From contig CAVRVY010000003.1 in the NCBI GenBank assembly GCA_963724765.1, positions 256,001 through 320,000 of the forward strand: a stretch of DNA of 64,000 nucleotides, read 5' to 3'. The stretch's first letter is position 1. Each line of letters starts with the position of its first letter. The notes beneath the pieces are model-generated. The model was not told the origin of the DNA, ran no database searches, and saw only the letters and a program-made list of their open reading frames with translations. Below, piece after piece: positions 44,518 through 53,292 of this stretch. The stretch is from an uncultured delta proteobacterium. Lineage in GTDB: Bacteria; Desulfobacterota; Binatia; Binatales; Binataceae. The position numbers and the translations under genes are program-made.

Positions 44518-44546
44518 CTGAGTTCCTATGCGCATAGGAATCTGAT

Positions 44547-45026
44547 GTGAACAGGATCGTTCTCTTTGGCCGACTTGGGCGTAACCCGGATCTGCGGGTC
44601 GCGCACCCGGTTTGCCGATTCTCGCTGGCGGTCCACGAGCCCTACACCGACAGCGGCACGGGCGAGAGGATCGAGCGCGTCACGTGGTTCCAAATCGTGG
44701 CGTGGGACCGGCTTTCTGAGATCGCGTCGCAGTATTTGCACAAGGGCGACCAGGTTCTGGTCGAGGGCCGAGTTCAGCTTCGCGAGTTCAAAGGCAGAGA
44801 CGGAACCAAGCGCGCGATGCTCCAGGTGATCGCTCACCGGCTCGAGTTCGGCGCCAAGTCACGGCGCACCGATGCGGACAACCCCGCGCCGGCCGACGAC
44901 CACGATCGCGACGGCGAAGACGCGCCGATAGATTTCACCGAGGACTTAGAGGGCTTCACCGATGACCTAGCGGCCGATGGTGCGGAAGACTTGACAGCGC
45001 TCGACGACGACAGCTTCCCGGTCTGA
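44547..45026 (+). CDS. ssb: single-stranded DNA-binding protein
   Basis: NRIVLFGRLGRNPDLR, YLHKGDQVLVEGR, acidic tail ending DDDSFPV. Confidence 0.92.
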   Translation: MNRIVLFGRLGRNPDLRVAHPVCRFSLAVHEPYTDSGTGERIERVTWFQIVAWDRLSEIASQYLHKGDQVLVEGRVQLREFKGRDGTKRAMLQVIAHRLEFGAKSRRTDADNPAPADDHDRDGEDAPIDFTEDLEGFTDDLAADGAEDLTALDDDSFPV

Positions 45027-45050
45027 AGTCAGGAATGGCCGCCACGAGCC

Positions 45051-45338
45051 TCAGTGCTGGTAGGGGAGTTGGTTTGACCCCGTATTAACGCTGTAGGCAT
45101 TCAAGCCTTGCAGGATGGCTGAACAAGACGACGGATCGTCAGGGTGGGCATCCACGCATTTTCGATAATCCGCGAGCAGCGCGTTTTGCGCCGAGGCGGA
45201 TCGATTCACTTCACAGTTGTTGACGTCGCCGGCGGTAACTGCGACCCAGCGGCACGGATCGTCGGGCGTCAGACCGGCCATGCAACCCGAAATGAGCAAG
45301 CCCATAAGCGCGAGCGCGGCAGAGTAGCGAAGTTTCAT
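45051..45338 (-). CDS. small lipoprotein coupled to the integrase
   Basis: MKLRYSAALALMGLLISGC lipobox; ATGA overlap with the integrase stop; 4 further Cys. Confidence 0.7.
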   Translation of the reverse strand: MKLRYSAALALMGLLISGCMAGLTPDDPCRWVAVTAGDVNNCEVNRSASAQNALLADYRKCVDAHPDDPSSCSAILQGLNAYSVNTGSNQLPYQH

Positions 45339-46528
45339 CGCCCTTGCTCCAAAAGCCTGCCGTCTTCGACATGCTCCGGTCGGGCGGATTGCTCCGTGCC
45401 GGCCAGCATCAGCGCGGCGTTCCTCTCGAGCGCCTCGCGCACAGGGTCCAATTGCAGTCGTGCATATACTGCGGTGCTGACGGAATTGGAATGATTCAGC
45501 GCGCGTCCGATGAGCGGCAGGCTGTAGCCCTGTGCGGCAAGCCACGACCCGAGCGTCCTGCGCAGGTCGTGAACGCGCACATCGGGTACACCAGCGCGCC
45601 CGCGGATGCGCTGCCAGGCGCTTGCGACCTCGACCAGATGGCCCGTGGCGCCGCGGCTTGGGAATAGCCACTCGCTCTCACCGTGGCTCGGCAGCGTGCG
45701 AAGCATCTCAGCGGCCGGCGTCGGCAGCGGTAGCAGATGCGATCGCCCAGCCTTGGTTATCGGCAGCCGCAGCGTCCGCTGCTCCAGGTCGACGTCCGCC
45801 CAGCGCGCCGCCAGCATCTCAGTCTTGCGCGTCCCAAGCATCAGGCTCAGCGGAAAGTACGCACGCCAACGCCAGTCCGGCTCAGCGGCAAGCGCGTTGT
45901 TGACCCGGCGCAGCTCATCAGGCGATAGAAAGCGCTCGCGCGGTTCCTCGCGGAATAGCTTGATGCGTGCGGCCGGATTCTCGCCGGCATGCAGCTTCAA
46001 ATCATGGGCGATGTTGAACATCGTGCGCAGCAGAACCGTGGTGCGGTTGCTCTCGTACAGGCCACGCTCGCGCCGGATGACCTGTTGCATGGTCACGAGC
46101 TCATCGCGCGGAATGTCGCTCAGTCGGCGGGTTCCAAACCGCGGCACGAGATGCGCGTTGATTCGGCGTTCGTCCTCGCGCCAGGACTTCTTGTGCGGCT
46201 TCGCGTGCCTCTCCAGATACTTGTCCGCCAGCACCGTGAAGGTCGGCTCGTTGTGCTCGTTGTGCCGCGTTTCAGCCGGGTCTTTGCCCTCGGCGACAGC
46301 GGCCTTTATGGCGAGAACCTTACGACGCGCCGCAAGAACACTCAGCGCAGGGAACGGCCCGATCGTCACGCGGCGCATGCGACCTCTCACCCGCCCTTCC
46401 CACACGAAGGCCTTGGCGCCACCGGCGGTTATCCGCAGTGCGAAGCCCTTGAAGTCATCATCGCGGATGAACGCCTGTCCTGACTCCGGTGCTCTCGCTC
46501 GCTCAGCCACTAGCTTGGTGATTTTCAT
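45335..46528 (-). CDS. tyrosine recombinase/integrase with N-terminal arm-binding domain
   Basis: GFALRIT.GGAKAF arm domain; R (GTRKTE), HDLRR, LNH, VY catalytic residues; adjacent to attR. Confidence 0.96.
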   Translation of the reverse strand: MKITKLVAERARAPESGQAFIRDDDFKGFALRITAGGAKAFVWEGRVRGRMRRVTIGPFPALSVLAARRKVLAIKAAVAEGKDPAETRHNEHNEPTFTVLADKYLERHAKPHKKSWREDERRINAHLVPRFGTRRLSDIPRDELVTMQQVIRRERGLYESNRTTVLLRTMFNIAHDLKLHAGENPAARIKLFREEPRERFLSPDELRRVNNALAAEPDWRWRAYFPLSLMLGTRKTEMLAARWADVDLEQRTLRLPITKAGRSHLLPLPTPAAEMLRTLPSHGESEWLFPSRGATGHLVEVASAWQRIRGRAGVPDVRVHDLRRTLGSWLAAQGYSLPLIGRALNHSNSVSTAVYARLQLDPVREALERNAALMLAGTEQSARPEHVEDGRLLEQGR

Positions 46529-46665
46529 TTGTAGGCATAGTGTAGGCGATATGCACAGTTGAAGCCAGTAGATGAGGGTACACAATCAGAGCGAAATACT
46601 ATCGAAGCGATTAGTAAATCGTAGGCTATCGGACGTAGTGAGAAACTATCAGAGTATTCAGATTG

Positions 46666-46724
46666 TGAATGGCATTCAGGAGGTCGCGCGTTCGATCCGC
46701 GTCAGCTCCACCAATAAAATCAAG
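46666..46724 (+). repeat. attR core: 59-bp duplicate of the tRNA-Ala 3' half
   Basis: Identical to 26873-26931. Confidence 0.95.
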
Positions 46725-46856
46725 GTTTTTTCCGTTATCGCGGTCGCTTCCAATCTGGCTTAGGTAGCAAATAGGTAACTGCGCTCGGTCTGCTGGGGTG
46801 CGAAATCAGCATCAGGCTCGTGCGCGCCCGTGCTTGTCTGGATGCGCCAGGTGGAC

Positions 46857-47237
46857 TCATCGCGGGCCGAGGGGCATCGATGCGTCGGGCGGCCCGTGTA
46901 CCCTGTCGAAGTCGCTGATCAATTGAATCATTTCACCCTTTAGGCGCTTCATCTCCTCTGCCGCCTGCTTCACTCGGTCTAGGCCGATCGCTTCAAGGCC
47001 CTTTGGCTGCCCATAAAAGCCCGCGGTGACCTGTTGAAGGCCCTTGAACGTCCGGGTGGCACGGCGACCTCGCTTCTTGAGGTCCGAGAGTTCTTGAGTC
47101 GCGACGAGCCCGTGAACGACTTTCATCACCTCCCCGATATGCTTGACGCGACTCTCCCATGCTTCGCTTAGCCCCATTAGATCTGAAACTTCGATCAGGG
47201 TTTGGATCGGCAACTCAAGGCTGTACATAGCGGCCAA
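46857..47237 (-). CDS. hypothetical protein
   Basis: 126-aa ORF, helical; start uncertain. Confidence 0.4.
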   Translation of the reverse strand: MAAMYSLELPIQTLIEVSDLMGLSEAWESRVKHIGEVMKVVHGLVATQELSDLKKRGRRATRTFKGLQQVTAGFYGQPKGLEAIGLDRVKQAAEEMKRLKGEMIQLISDFDRVHGPPDASMPLGPR

Positions 47238-47304
47238 GGCTACCAGTTTTCGCAGCTTTTTACAGAAACGGAGGGGCTTGCAGCCGAGGTCCGTAGCGGA
47301 GTTC

Positions 47305-47974
47305 TACTTTCGAAAGTAACGGCTCAGGTGAGCGTGCCGTTCGTGGCAGGGGGTGGCGGCGCGCTGGCTGGCGCGGGCGAGGATGCGGCTGCCTCGATCT
47401 CTTCCGCGGTGGCATTGGCCAGCGCGAGCCATCGCGACTCACTGACCTTGCGGGCGGCATCGTATCGCAACGCGCGCTCGGCGGCCGGCGAGAGGCCAAG
47501 CTGCGCGGCGAGTTGCCCGAGGCGGGCGGCGATGCGCGTGAGCTGATCAGCGATCGCATTCGGCCGGCCCAGCTCGTCGACGGGCTCCGCCTTTACGCCG
47601 TGGAGGTCGACGAAGCGCACCCAGAGCGCGCCATACGTGTAAAGCAGTGTCGCGAAGTGGGGGGCCTCGAGCCAAGTGGCATGCTTCCGGATCTTCCGCA
47701 CGACTCGGACGCGCTCATCGCGCTTGCGCGCAGCGCGCGATGGGGTCGGTCGGGCTGGGGCCAGTTCGGTCACTTTCTCACCGTTCATTACTGCCGATAG
47801 TGGAATGCTGTCGCGCGGTCTGGAAGCCAACCCGATTCGGCAATGCGCCGCCGCATGCTCACGCCCGCGCAGGTGTTGGACTTAGCTGCACCATCAGCGT
47901 AGGTCTCGAAATGGCCGGGCGCGTCTCCCCTTCTCTCTGTTCAGCGCGGCGGGTTGGTTACCTTCGAAAGTAAC
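47305..47974. repeat. second palindrome family TACTTTCGAAAGTA, 2 copies
   Basis: 47305-47318 perfect; 47957-47974 GTTACCTTCGAAAGTAAC with one mismatch; both continue ACGG after the 14-bp core. Confidence 0.8.
47324..47830 (-). CDS. P27-family terminase small subunit-like protein
   Basis: PNAIA..L...A.QLGLSPAA..R motif typical of P27-type TerS. Confidence 0.55.
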   Translation of the reverse strand: MASRPRDSIPLSAVMNGEKVTELAPARPTPSRAARKRDERVRVVRKIRKHATWLEAPHFATLLYTYGALWVRFVDLHGVKAEPVDELGRPNAIADQLTRIAARLGQLAAQLGLSPAAERALRYDAARKVSESRWLALANATAEEIEAAASSPAPASAPPPPATNGTLT

Positions 47975-48107
47975 GGGCCAAGGGCCGTCGCAACCTTGGG
48001 CAGGGAGCCTAGCCTCGGCCCAGGGTGTCGGCGCTTTAGCCCCGGAACGAGGAAACCCCGACAGTCTAGGTGCGTACTAAACTCTGCGCGACGGCTGGAG
48101 GCCGAAG

Positions 48108-48536
48108 ATGCCAGAAGAAACAACACCGAGTGAAGAATTACCGCCGGACGGTGTAGCGAGGCGGCTCGATCGCCTGGAACGGCGGCTGCTCCGGGAGCGC
48201 CGGGGTTGGCGGATCGCCTTGCTCGCCATCCTGGCGGCAATCGCCGCCGGACTGTTCCTGATCGCAATCGCCATTTTCACCCTCGCTTGCCATCATAGAC
48301 GGCCGCACGTGGTGATCGCGCCCGGGATGGGGATGGGCGGATACGGCAACATGCCGTATTACTGGCGCTTCGGCCCGCCACCACCCCCGCCATGGAGCTT
48401 CCCAGAGCGTGGTGGTCCGTGGGCCTGGGGGCCTCAGGGCAGTTGGCCAGCTCCGCGTCCCCGATCAGGACCAGGCGCACCGGAACTCCAGGCACCACGG
48501 ATGCCTTCGCAACCCTCGCCCACGCCCGGCGGATAG
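48108..48536 (+). CDS. single-TM protein with a Pro-rich tail
   Basis: GGAGG RBS, RLDRLERR then a TM helix. Confidence 0.55.
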   Translation: MPEETTPSEELPPDGVARRLDRLERRLLRERRGWRIALLAILAAIAAGLFLIAIAIFTLACHHRRPHVVIAPGMGMGGYGNMPYYWRFGPPPPPPWSFPERGGPWAWGPQGSWPAPRPRSGPGAPELQAPRMPSQPSPTPGG

Positions 48537-49830
48537 ACCGTCGCCCCGCTCTGCTGTTCGCGCTTGATCAGGTCGGCGTGCCGGTCGCAGACCTCAAGTT
48601 GTCGCAGCGGGCGGGCCCTGGTTGTCGACGTAACGGGCGATCGTAGTCGCGCGGTACTGGCGGCAGCCGACGCGTGAGCAGCGCGCCGCATAATCGCAGC
48701 GCAGTAGTTCAACCTCGGCGGCGCCGTCCACTCTCCGCGCAGTCCTGCTCAGGCATCGCGGAGCGACGTGATCATCTCGTCGATCTTCTTAATCCATTTT
48801 TCGAGATGGCGGCGCTTTTCCATCAGGAGATCGCGCGTCCGGACAGACTTGGGCGGCTGATTCTCCGCAAATTGTCCGCTTCTGTCAGGTTTCGAGGTCT
48901 GAAGGATTGGAAGCGCGATTCAAAAAGCCTTCGGGAGGCAGCAGCGCGCGGGTCGAACATCATTTAGCGTCCGCCCCAACATCGATCCCGCCCGGTAGTG
49001 AAACGAAAGCCCCCGCGAGTGTGTCGACGGTACCATTCAGCCGAATTCGAGACGTTCGAGGCTTGGCCAGCCGATCACGCTAGCGCCAAAAGCTCCATCC
49101 AATCGAGAGAAATTCTGAAGCCCTCCAGGATTCGAACCCACAGCCTCGCTTGGGAAATAGCCTACACCTCACCAGACGCACAACGAATTGAAGCCGGCGC
49201 ACCTACCGGCTGTCCGGTCATTTTGCTTGCCCGCTCAGCAATCGCTGTCTCCCTGTGGCGATAGGGCGTGGACCGCCGATGCCGATCTCTCCCATTGAAG
49301 TATCGCAGCGTATCGCTGCCAGTTCTCGGAGCACTGCACTGCTACTACGTGGTCTACATTTTCGGTCGGTTCAGGGATTATCGGTGGCCAATCACCGAGC
49401 ACTTGGGGCCTAATTCGATCCGGTGATCAGGACCGCTCTCAGGCCGCGCAAAGATTTTCTCTATGCTGTCTCTGCGGCAGAAGTAACTCGCGAACTCGAG
49501 GCGCCTGACTATCGACCTTCGATACCCTATCGACACGACGTCAATCCCTGGTGCATTGCGACATGGCGCTCCTTTACCTTGGTGTTTCACACCCTGCTTG
49601 TGGGGCATGAAGCGTGCCGAGCCGAGAGCTTACAGAAGCGGCGTCGTTTCCTACACTGCTTCGTTGACGGCCATGCCTATCGCAATATCGGCGATGCAAC
49701 TTGAAACATCCAGTCCTCCATGAGTGGACAATTAATAAGGATTTATGGCGTTAACGCACTCAGCATAGTTCCTGCTTCTGTCGGTATGTATGGCGTTCCA
49801 AGTCGTTCGGTACGGAGCGTAAAGGTAATC

Positions 49831-50157
49831 GTGAAAAAGATTGAAGCGATATTTCCCCCATTCAAGCTTGACAACGTGCGTAACGTATTGATCGAACACA
49901 GCGTGTACGAGTTCGTCGTCACTGAAATCAACACTCATGAGGTAGAGCGAGCACCTGCTGAGAGGTGGAGCCGCCAGAGCCTCGCCGATCTCATCCCCGA
50001 GCTAAATCTCGAACTGGCTATAAACGACGACAACGCGAGGGCGGTCGCTTATGCAATCCTTCGTGCCGCACAGACCAGACGCCCAGATGACACAAAGGTG
50101 ACGATAATTCCGGTGGAGCAACTCGTGGAAATCGAGACGGGCGATCAGCATGGGTGA
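49831..50157 (+). CDS. divergent P-II (GlnB/GlnK)-like protein
   Basis: KKIEAIFPPFKLDNVR, ILRAAQT, IETG; T-loop and B-loop degenerate. Confidence 0.7.
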   Translation: MKKIEAIFPPFKLDNVRNVLIEHSVYEFVVTEINTHEVERAPAERWSRQSLADLIPELNLELAINDDNARAVAYAILRAAQTRRPDDTKVTIIPVEQLVEIETGDQHG

Positions 50158-50336
50158 TCCAATCCAGGTGGTAGTGGGCTTTCCGCCTGGAGATGGCCGT
50201 GCCGTGCCCTCCCGTCTTTCGTAACCGGATCAACGCAACGATGGCGGCCGCCTCGCACTCGTCATTGAAAATTGCATGACCATCGCTTCAAGATGAAACC
50301 CCATCGTGAACTGGGTTCGCAAACCCCTCTACTTCA

Positions 50337-50861
50337 GTGACGTTCTTTGTCGGCACAATTGATGCGAGTGCTCAGTGCATGGTGCTCAAAAACAAATCTC
50401 TGTTGGCTCAATTTCAGGGACCTGACGGAAGACCGCGGCTCGCAGAGGTGCTCAGGTTGCAGCGCCTCGTTTGCGACCAGGATCTGGCGCTCGAACTCGC
50501 GCCGCACGTGAAGTTGGAACAAGTATCCTCAGGCGGACAACTGATCAGGCAGGGCGCTTCTGGTAGCGATTTCTTCCTGGTTCTGATTGGCGAGCTTTCT
50601 GTGCTTGTTAACGGAGAGTTGGTCGAGCGGCGCATTGCTGGAGAATACGTAGGCGAGATGGCCGTGGTGGATCCCGGCGCCCCACGCTCTGCGTCAGTGA
50701 TTGCCGCGTGCGACTCGGTGGTCGCGCGGGTTACGGAGCCCGAGTTCTCGAAGCTGGCCGACAGATTTCCGCGCCTATGGCGTAGAATCGCGTCCGGGCT
50801 AGCGGATCGTCTGCGTCGCTCGAGATCGACGATAGATAATCGCGAAAGACAGATGGCTTGA
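50337..50861 (+). CDS. cyclic-nucleotide-binding domain protein (Pycsar PycTIR N-domain-like, no TIR)
   Basis: LIRQG..FFLVL.G..VNG..R..GEYVGEMA..DP..RSASV; likely start ATG 50379. Confidence 0.75.
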   Translation: MTFFVGTIDASAQCMVLKNKSLLAQFQGPDGRPRLAEVLRLQRLVCDQDLALELAPHVKLEQVSSGGQLIRQGASGSDFFLVLIGELSVLVNGELVERRIAGEYVGEMAVVDPGAPRSASVIAACDSVVARVTEPEFSKLADRFPRLWRRIASGLADRLRRSRSTIDNRERQMA

Positions 50862-50925
50862 ACTGCAGATGCCTCGGTAGCTCAAAGATATACAAGGGGG
50901 CGGGAGAAATGATCGAACTCGAGTC

Positions 50926-51648
50926 TTGCTTGAGAGCGAACTCTTTGGGCATATCAAAGGGGCATTCACCGGGGCCATTAAGGACAAGCCGGGCCGGCTG
51001 GAGGCCGCCAACGGCGGCACCGTCTTCCTCGACGAGATCGCTGATTTGAGTGCCGCTCTCCAGGCCAAGTTTCTTCGCTTCGTTCAGGAACGGCGTTTCG
51101 AACGCGTTGGTGGTGACAACACAATCCATGTAAACGCGCGCATCATCGCCGCATCGAATCGCGATCTTTCAAGCGAGGTGGCCGCTCACCGCTTCCGAGA
51201 AGACCTGTTCTACAGGCTTAACGTCATCGCTCTGTCTGTACCCCCACTACGCGAACATGCTGAAGACATACTTCCTCTTGCGGAGCGGCTACTTTCGGCC
51301 GCTGCTATCCGTAATCATCGTTCGCAATTGCGTTTTTCACCCGAAGCTCAGGCCGTAATCATTAATTACCCCTGGCCGGGCAATGTGCGCGAGTTGCGCA
51401 ATGCCGTCGAGCGCGCCGCGGTGCTTTCCCAGAGCGACTTGATCGGTCCGGAGTGCCTTCCTGACACCCTTTTCCAGCAGCGCCCTCCCGCGCCCAGCTC
51501 CCCTTCCTCAGCCAGTCTTGAGGAGATCGAACGTGAACAGATAATGCACGTCCTGGCGGAGTCGCCAACACTCCAGGACGCAGCGGAAAATCTTGGAATA
51601 AACGTCACTACCCTGTGGCGCAAACGCAAGCGCTACAAGCTCGACTAG
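50926..51648 (+). pseudogene. N-terminally truncated sigma-54 activator (AAA+ C-half + HTH)
   Basis: Begins at ESELFGH..GAFTGA; has FLDEI and WPGNVREL but no Walker A or receiver domain. Confidence 0.8.
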
Positions 51649-52014
51649 GCAGTAGACGCCAGCCAGAGAAAGAGTCGTCTTGGTAGTCTTTCAAGACGCA
51701 GCGAGCCATTGCTGCAATCTGCAATGTTTTGCCGACCACCCTTTTTTGGGGCCGTTCAATTACTGGGAGATTGAAGAGAGCCTACGCGGCATAAGAAATG
51801 CTCAACTCACGAAAGGAATCGTGTAGGTCCTCTCGGAGTATAGCAGTGGAACTGAAATCCCATCTTGTCCGAACTGCTCTGGATCACAACGTGCGGTTTC
51901 GCGGCTTGGCGCTGGTCAAATCCCGTAAGCCGGAACTCTCGCAGAAACGTGCGCCTTCCGGCGCTCCGATCTTTTCGCCTGCCGAGATGCGGCACAATTT
52001 TGCGATCGGACCTT

Positions 52015-52139
52015 TAGCAGGTTGCGGAAAAACGCTATCGGACACGGATTCAGCGAAGAGTAGGGCTCAATGCGATCATGATAGTGCGCCTTGGATCAAC
52101 GGCATAACGAGCCAAAAAGGCTTTTTCCGCACCCTGCTA
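52015..52139. mobile_element. MITE / internally deleted IS with 18-bp terminal inverted repeats
   Basis: TAGCAGGTTGCGGAAAAA ... TTTTTCCGCACCCTGCTA (17/18 match). Confidence 0.65.
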
Positions 52140-53292
52140 GTATTGTGTCCCACAAATAACTTTACAGGAGTGAGGCCCATCTGCTATGGTCCGGTGGAGG
52201 TTGAATGGGATGGGCAGGCCGAATGCAGCCTTGATGATTACTCAGTCGGAGCGGTCGCAACTGCGCTCGATCGTGCGTTCGCGCAGCCTGCCGCATTCGT
52301 TGGTGCGGCGCGCACAGATCGTGCTGCTGTCGGCCGCTGGCGCCGCCAACAGAGAGGTCGCCAGGCGCTGCGGGGTTAGTGCTCCGGTGGTCAGTCTGTG
52401 GCGCCAGCGTTATCAGCAACGCGGCATCGCCGGGCTGCACGCGGAACTTCGTCCGGGCCGACCGCGCAGCCATAGCGACGAACAGGTAGCGGGCTTGCTG
52501 CGCAAGGTACTGCACAGCAAGCCCGCCGTCGCCACCCACTGGAGCGTGCGCAGCGTGGCGGCGCATACTGGCATCTCCAAGAGCACGGTCGCGCGCTACT
52601 TCGCGCTGTTCGGCCTGCAACCACATCGGAGCAAGAGCTTTAAGCTGTCCACCGACCCGTTCTTCGTCGAAAAGGTCCGCGACATCGTTGGGCTTTATCT
52701 TAATCCGCCGGACAACGCGCTGGTATTGTGCGTGGATGAGAAGAGCCAGGTGCAGGCCTTGGAGCGCACCCAACCAGTGCTGCCAATGGGGCTCGGTTAT
52801 GTCGAGGGAGTGACTCACGATTACTATCGTCACGGCACTACCACGCTCTTCGCGGCACTGGACATCGTCGACGGCGGGGTCATCTCCCAGTGCAAGCCGC
52901 GCCATCGCCACCAGGAATTCCTGAGCTTTTTGAAACATCTCGATGCTAATATGCCGGCCGATCTTGAACTGCACCTGATCGCCGACAACTACGCGACTCA
53001 CAAGCATCCCAAAGTCAGAGCGTGGCTCGCCAGCCATCCGCGCTTTCACCTTCACTTCACGCCCACCTACTCAAGCTGGCTCAACCAGATCGAGCGCTGG
53101 TTCGCGCTTATCACCCAGCAAGCGATTCGCCGCGGCTCGTTCCGCAACGTCCGGGAACTGGTGGGGAAGATCGACGCCTACGTGGCTCATTACAATGCCC
53201 ACAAGCGGCCCTTCGTCTGGACTGCCACCGCCGACTCGATATTCAACAAACTCCAGCGCATCTGTAAACTTATTAATGGGACACAACACTAG
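52137..53292 (+). mobile_element. IS630-family insertion sequence
   Basis: ~31-bp imperfect IRs CTAGT(A/G)TTGTGTCCCA..AATAA.TTTACAG at both ends. Confidence 0.92.
52210..53292 (+). CDS. IS630 transposase
   Basis: CVDEKSQVQAL, HDYYRHGT, DNYATH, TPTYSSWLNQIERWF. Confidence 0.96.
   Translation: MGRPNAALMITQSERSQLRSIVRSRSLPHSLVRRAQIVLLSAAGAANREVARRCGVSAPVVSLWRQRYQQRGIAGLHAELRPGRPRSHSDEQVAGLLRKVLHSKPAVATHWSVRSVAAHTGISKSTVARYFALFGLQPHRSKSFKLSTDPFFVEKVRDIVGLYLNPPDNALVLCVDEKSQVQALERTQPVLPMGLGYVEGVTHDYYRHGTTTLFAALDIVDGGVISQCKPRHRHQEFLSFLKHLDANMPADLELHLIADNYATHKHPKVRAWLASHPRFHLHFTPTYSSWLNQIERWFALITQQAIRRGSFRNVRELVGKIDAYVAHYNAHKRPFVWTATADSIFNKLQRICKLINGTQH

Larger units (their letters stand above)
27017..44538. 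repeat. dispersed 14-bp palindrome CCTATGCGCATAGG, 11 copies
   Basis: Perfect copies at 30026, 30655, 31931, 36018, 38300, 44525; one-mismatch copies at 27017, 34967, 36557, 40285, 43426. Confidence 0.95.
26873..46724. mobile_element. ~19.8 kb tRNA-Ala-integrated element, phage-satellite/PICI-like
   Basis: 59-bp att repeats, tyrosine integrase next to attR, AlpA/Xis, Rep, SSB; no capsid, terminase or T4SS genes recognised. Confidence 0.9.

Noticed and set aside
27017-44538. Palindrome copies as a CRISPR array or classical integron attC sites
   Set aside because: Spacing is 0.5-3.1 kb and irregular, the repeat is only 14 bp, there are no cas genes, there is no RYYYAAC/GTTRRRY box structure, and the integrase is phage-type with an arm domain rather than IntI-like.
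27017-44538. Palindromes as Rho-independent terminators
   Set aside because: They have no real loop or U-tract, the sequence itself rather than just the structure is conserved, and some copies lie within apparent operons (e.g. just before ssb).
46666-46713. Second tRNA-Ala gene
   Set aside because: Only the 3' half is present, with no acceptor 5' strand or D-arm; it is the att duplicate.
26873-46724. Complete prophage or ICE
   Set aside because: No recognisable major capsid, portal, large terminase, tail, relaxase or VirB4/VirD4 genes.
48540-49720. Short ORFs between the TM protein and the P-II-like gene
   Set aside because: No recognisable motifs or RBS; probably decayed sequence, so not called.
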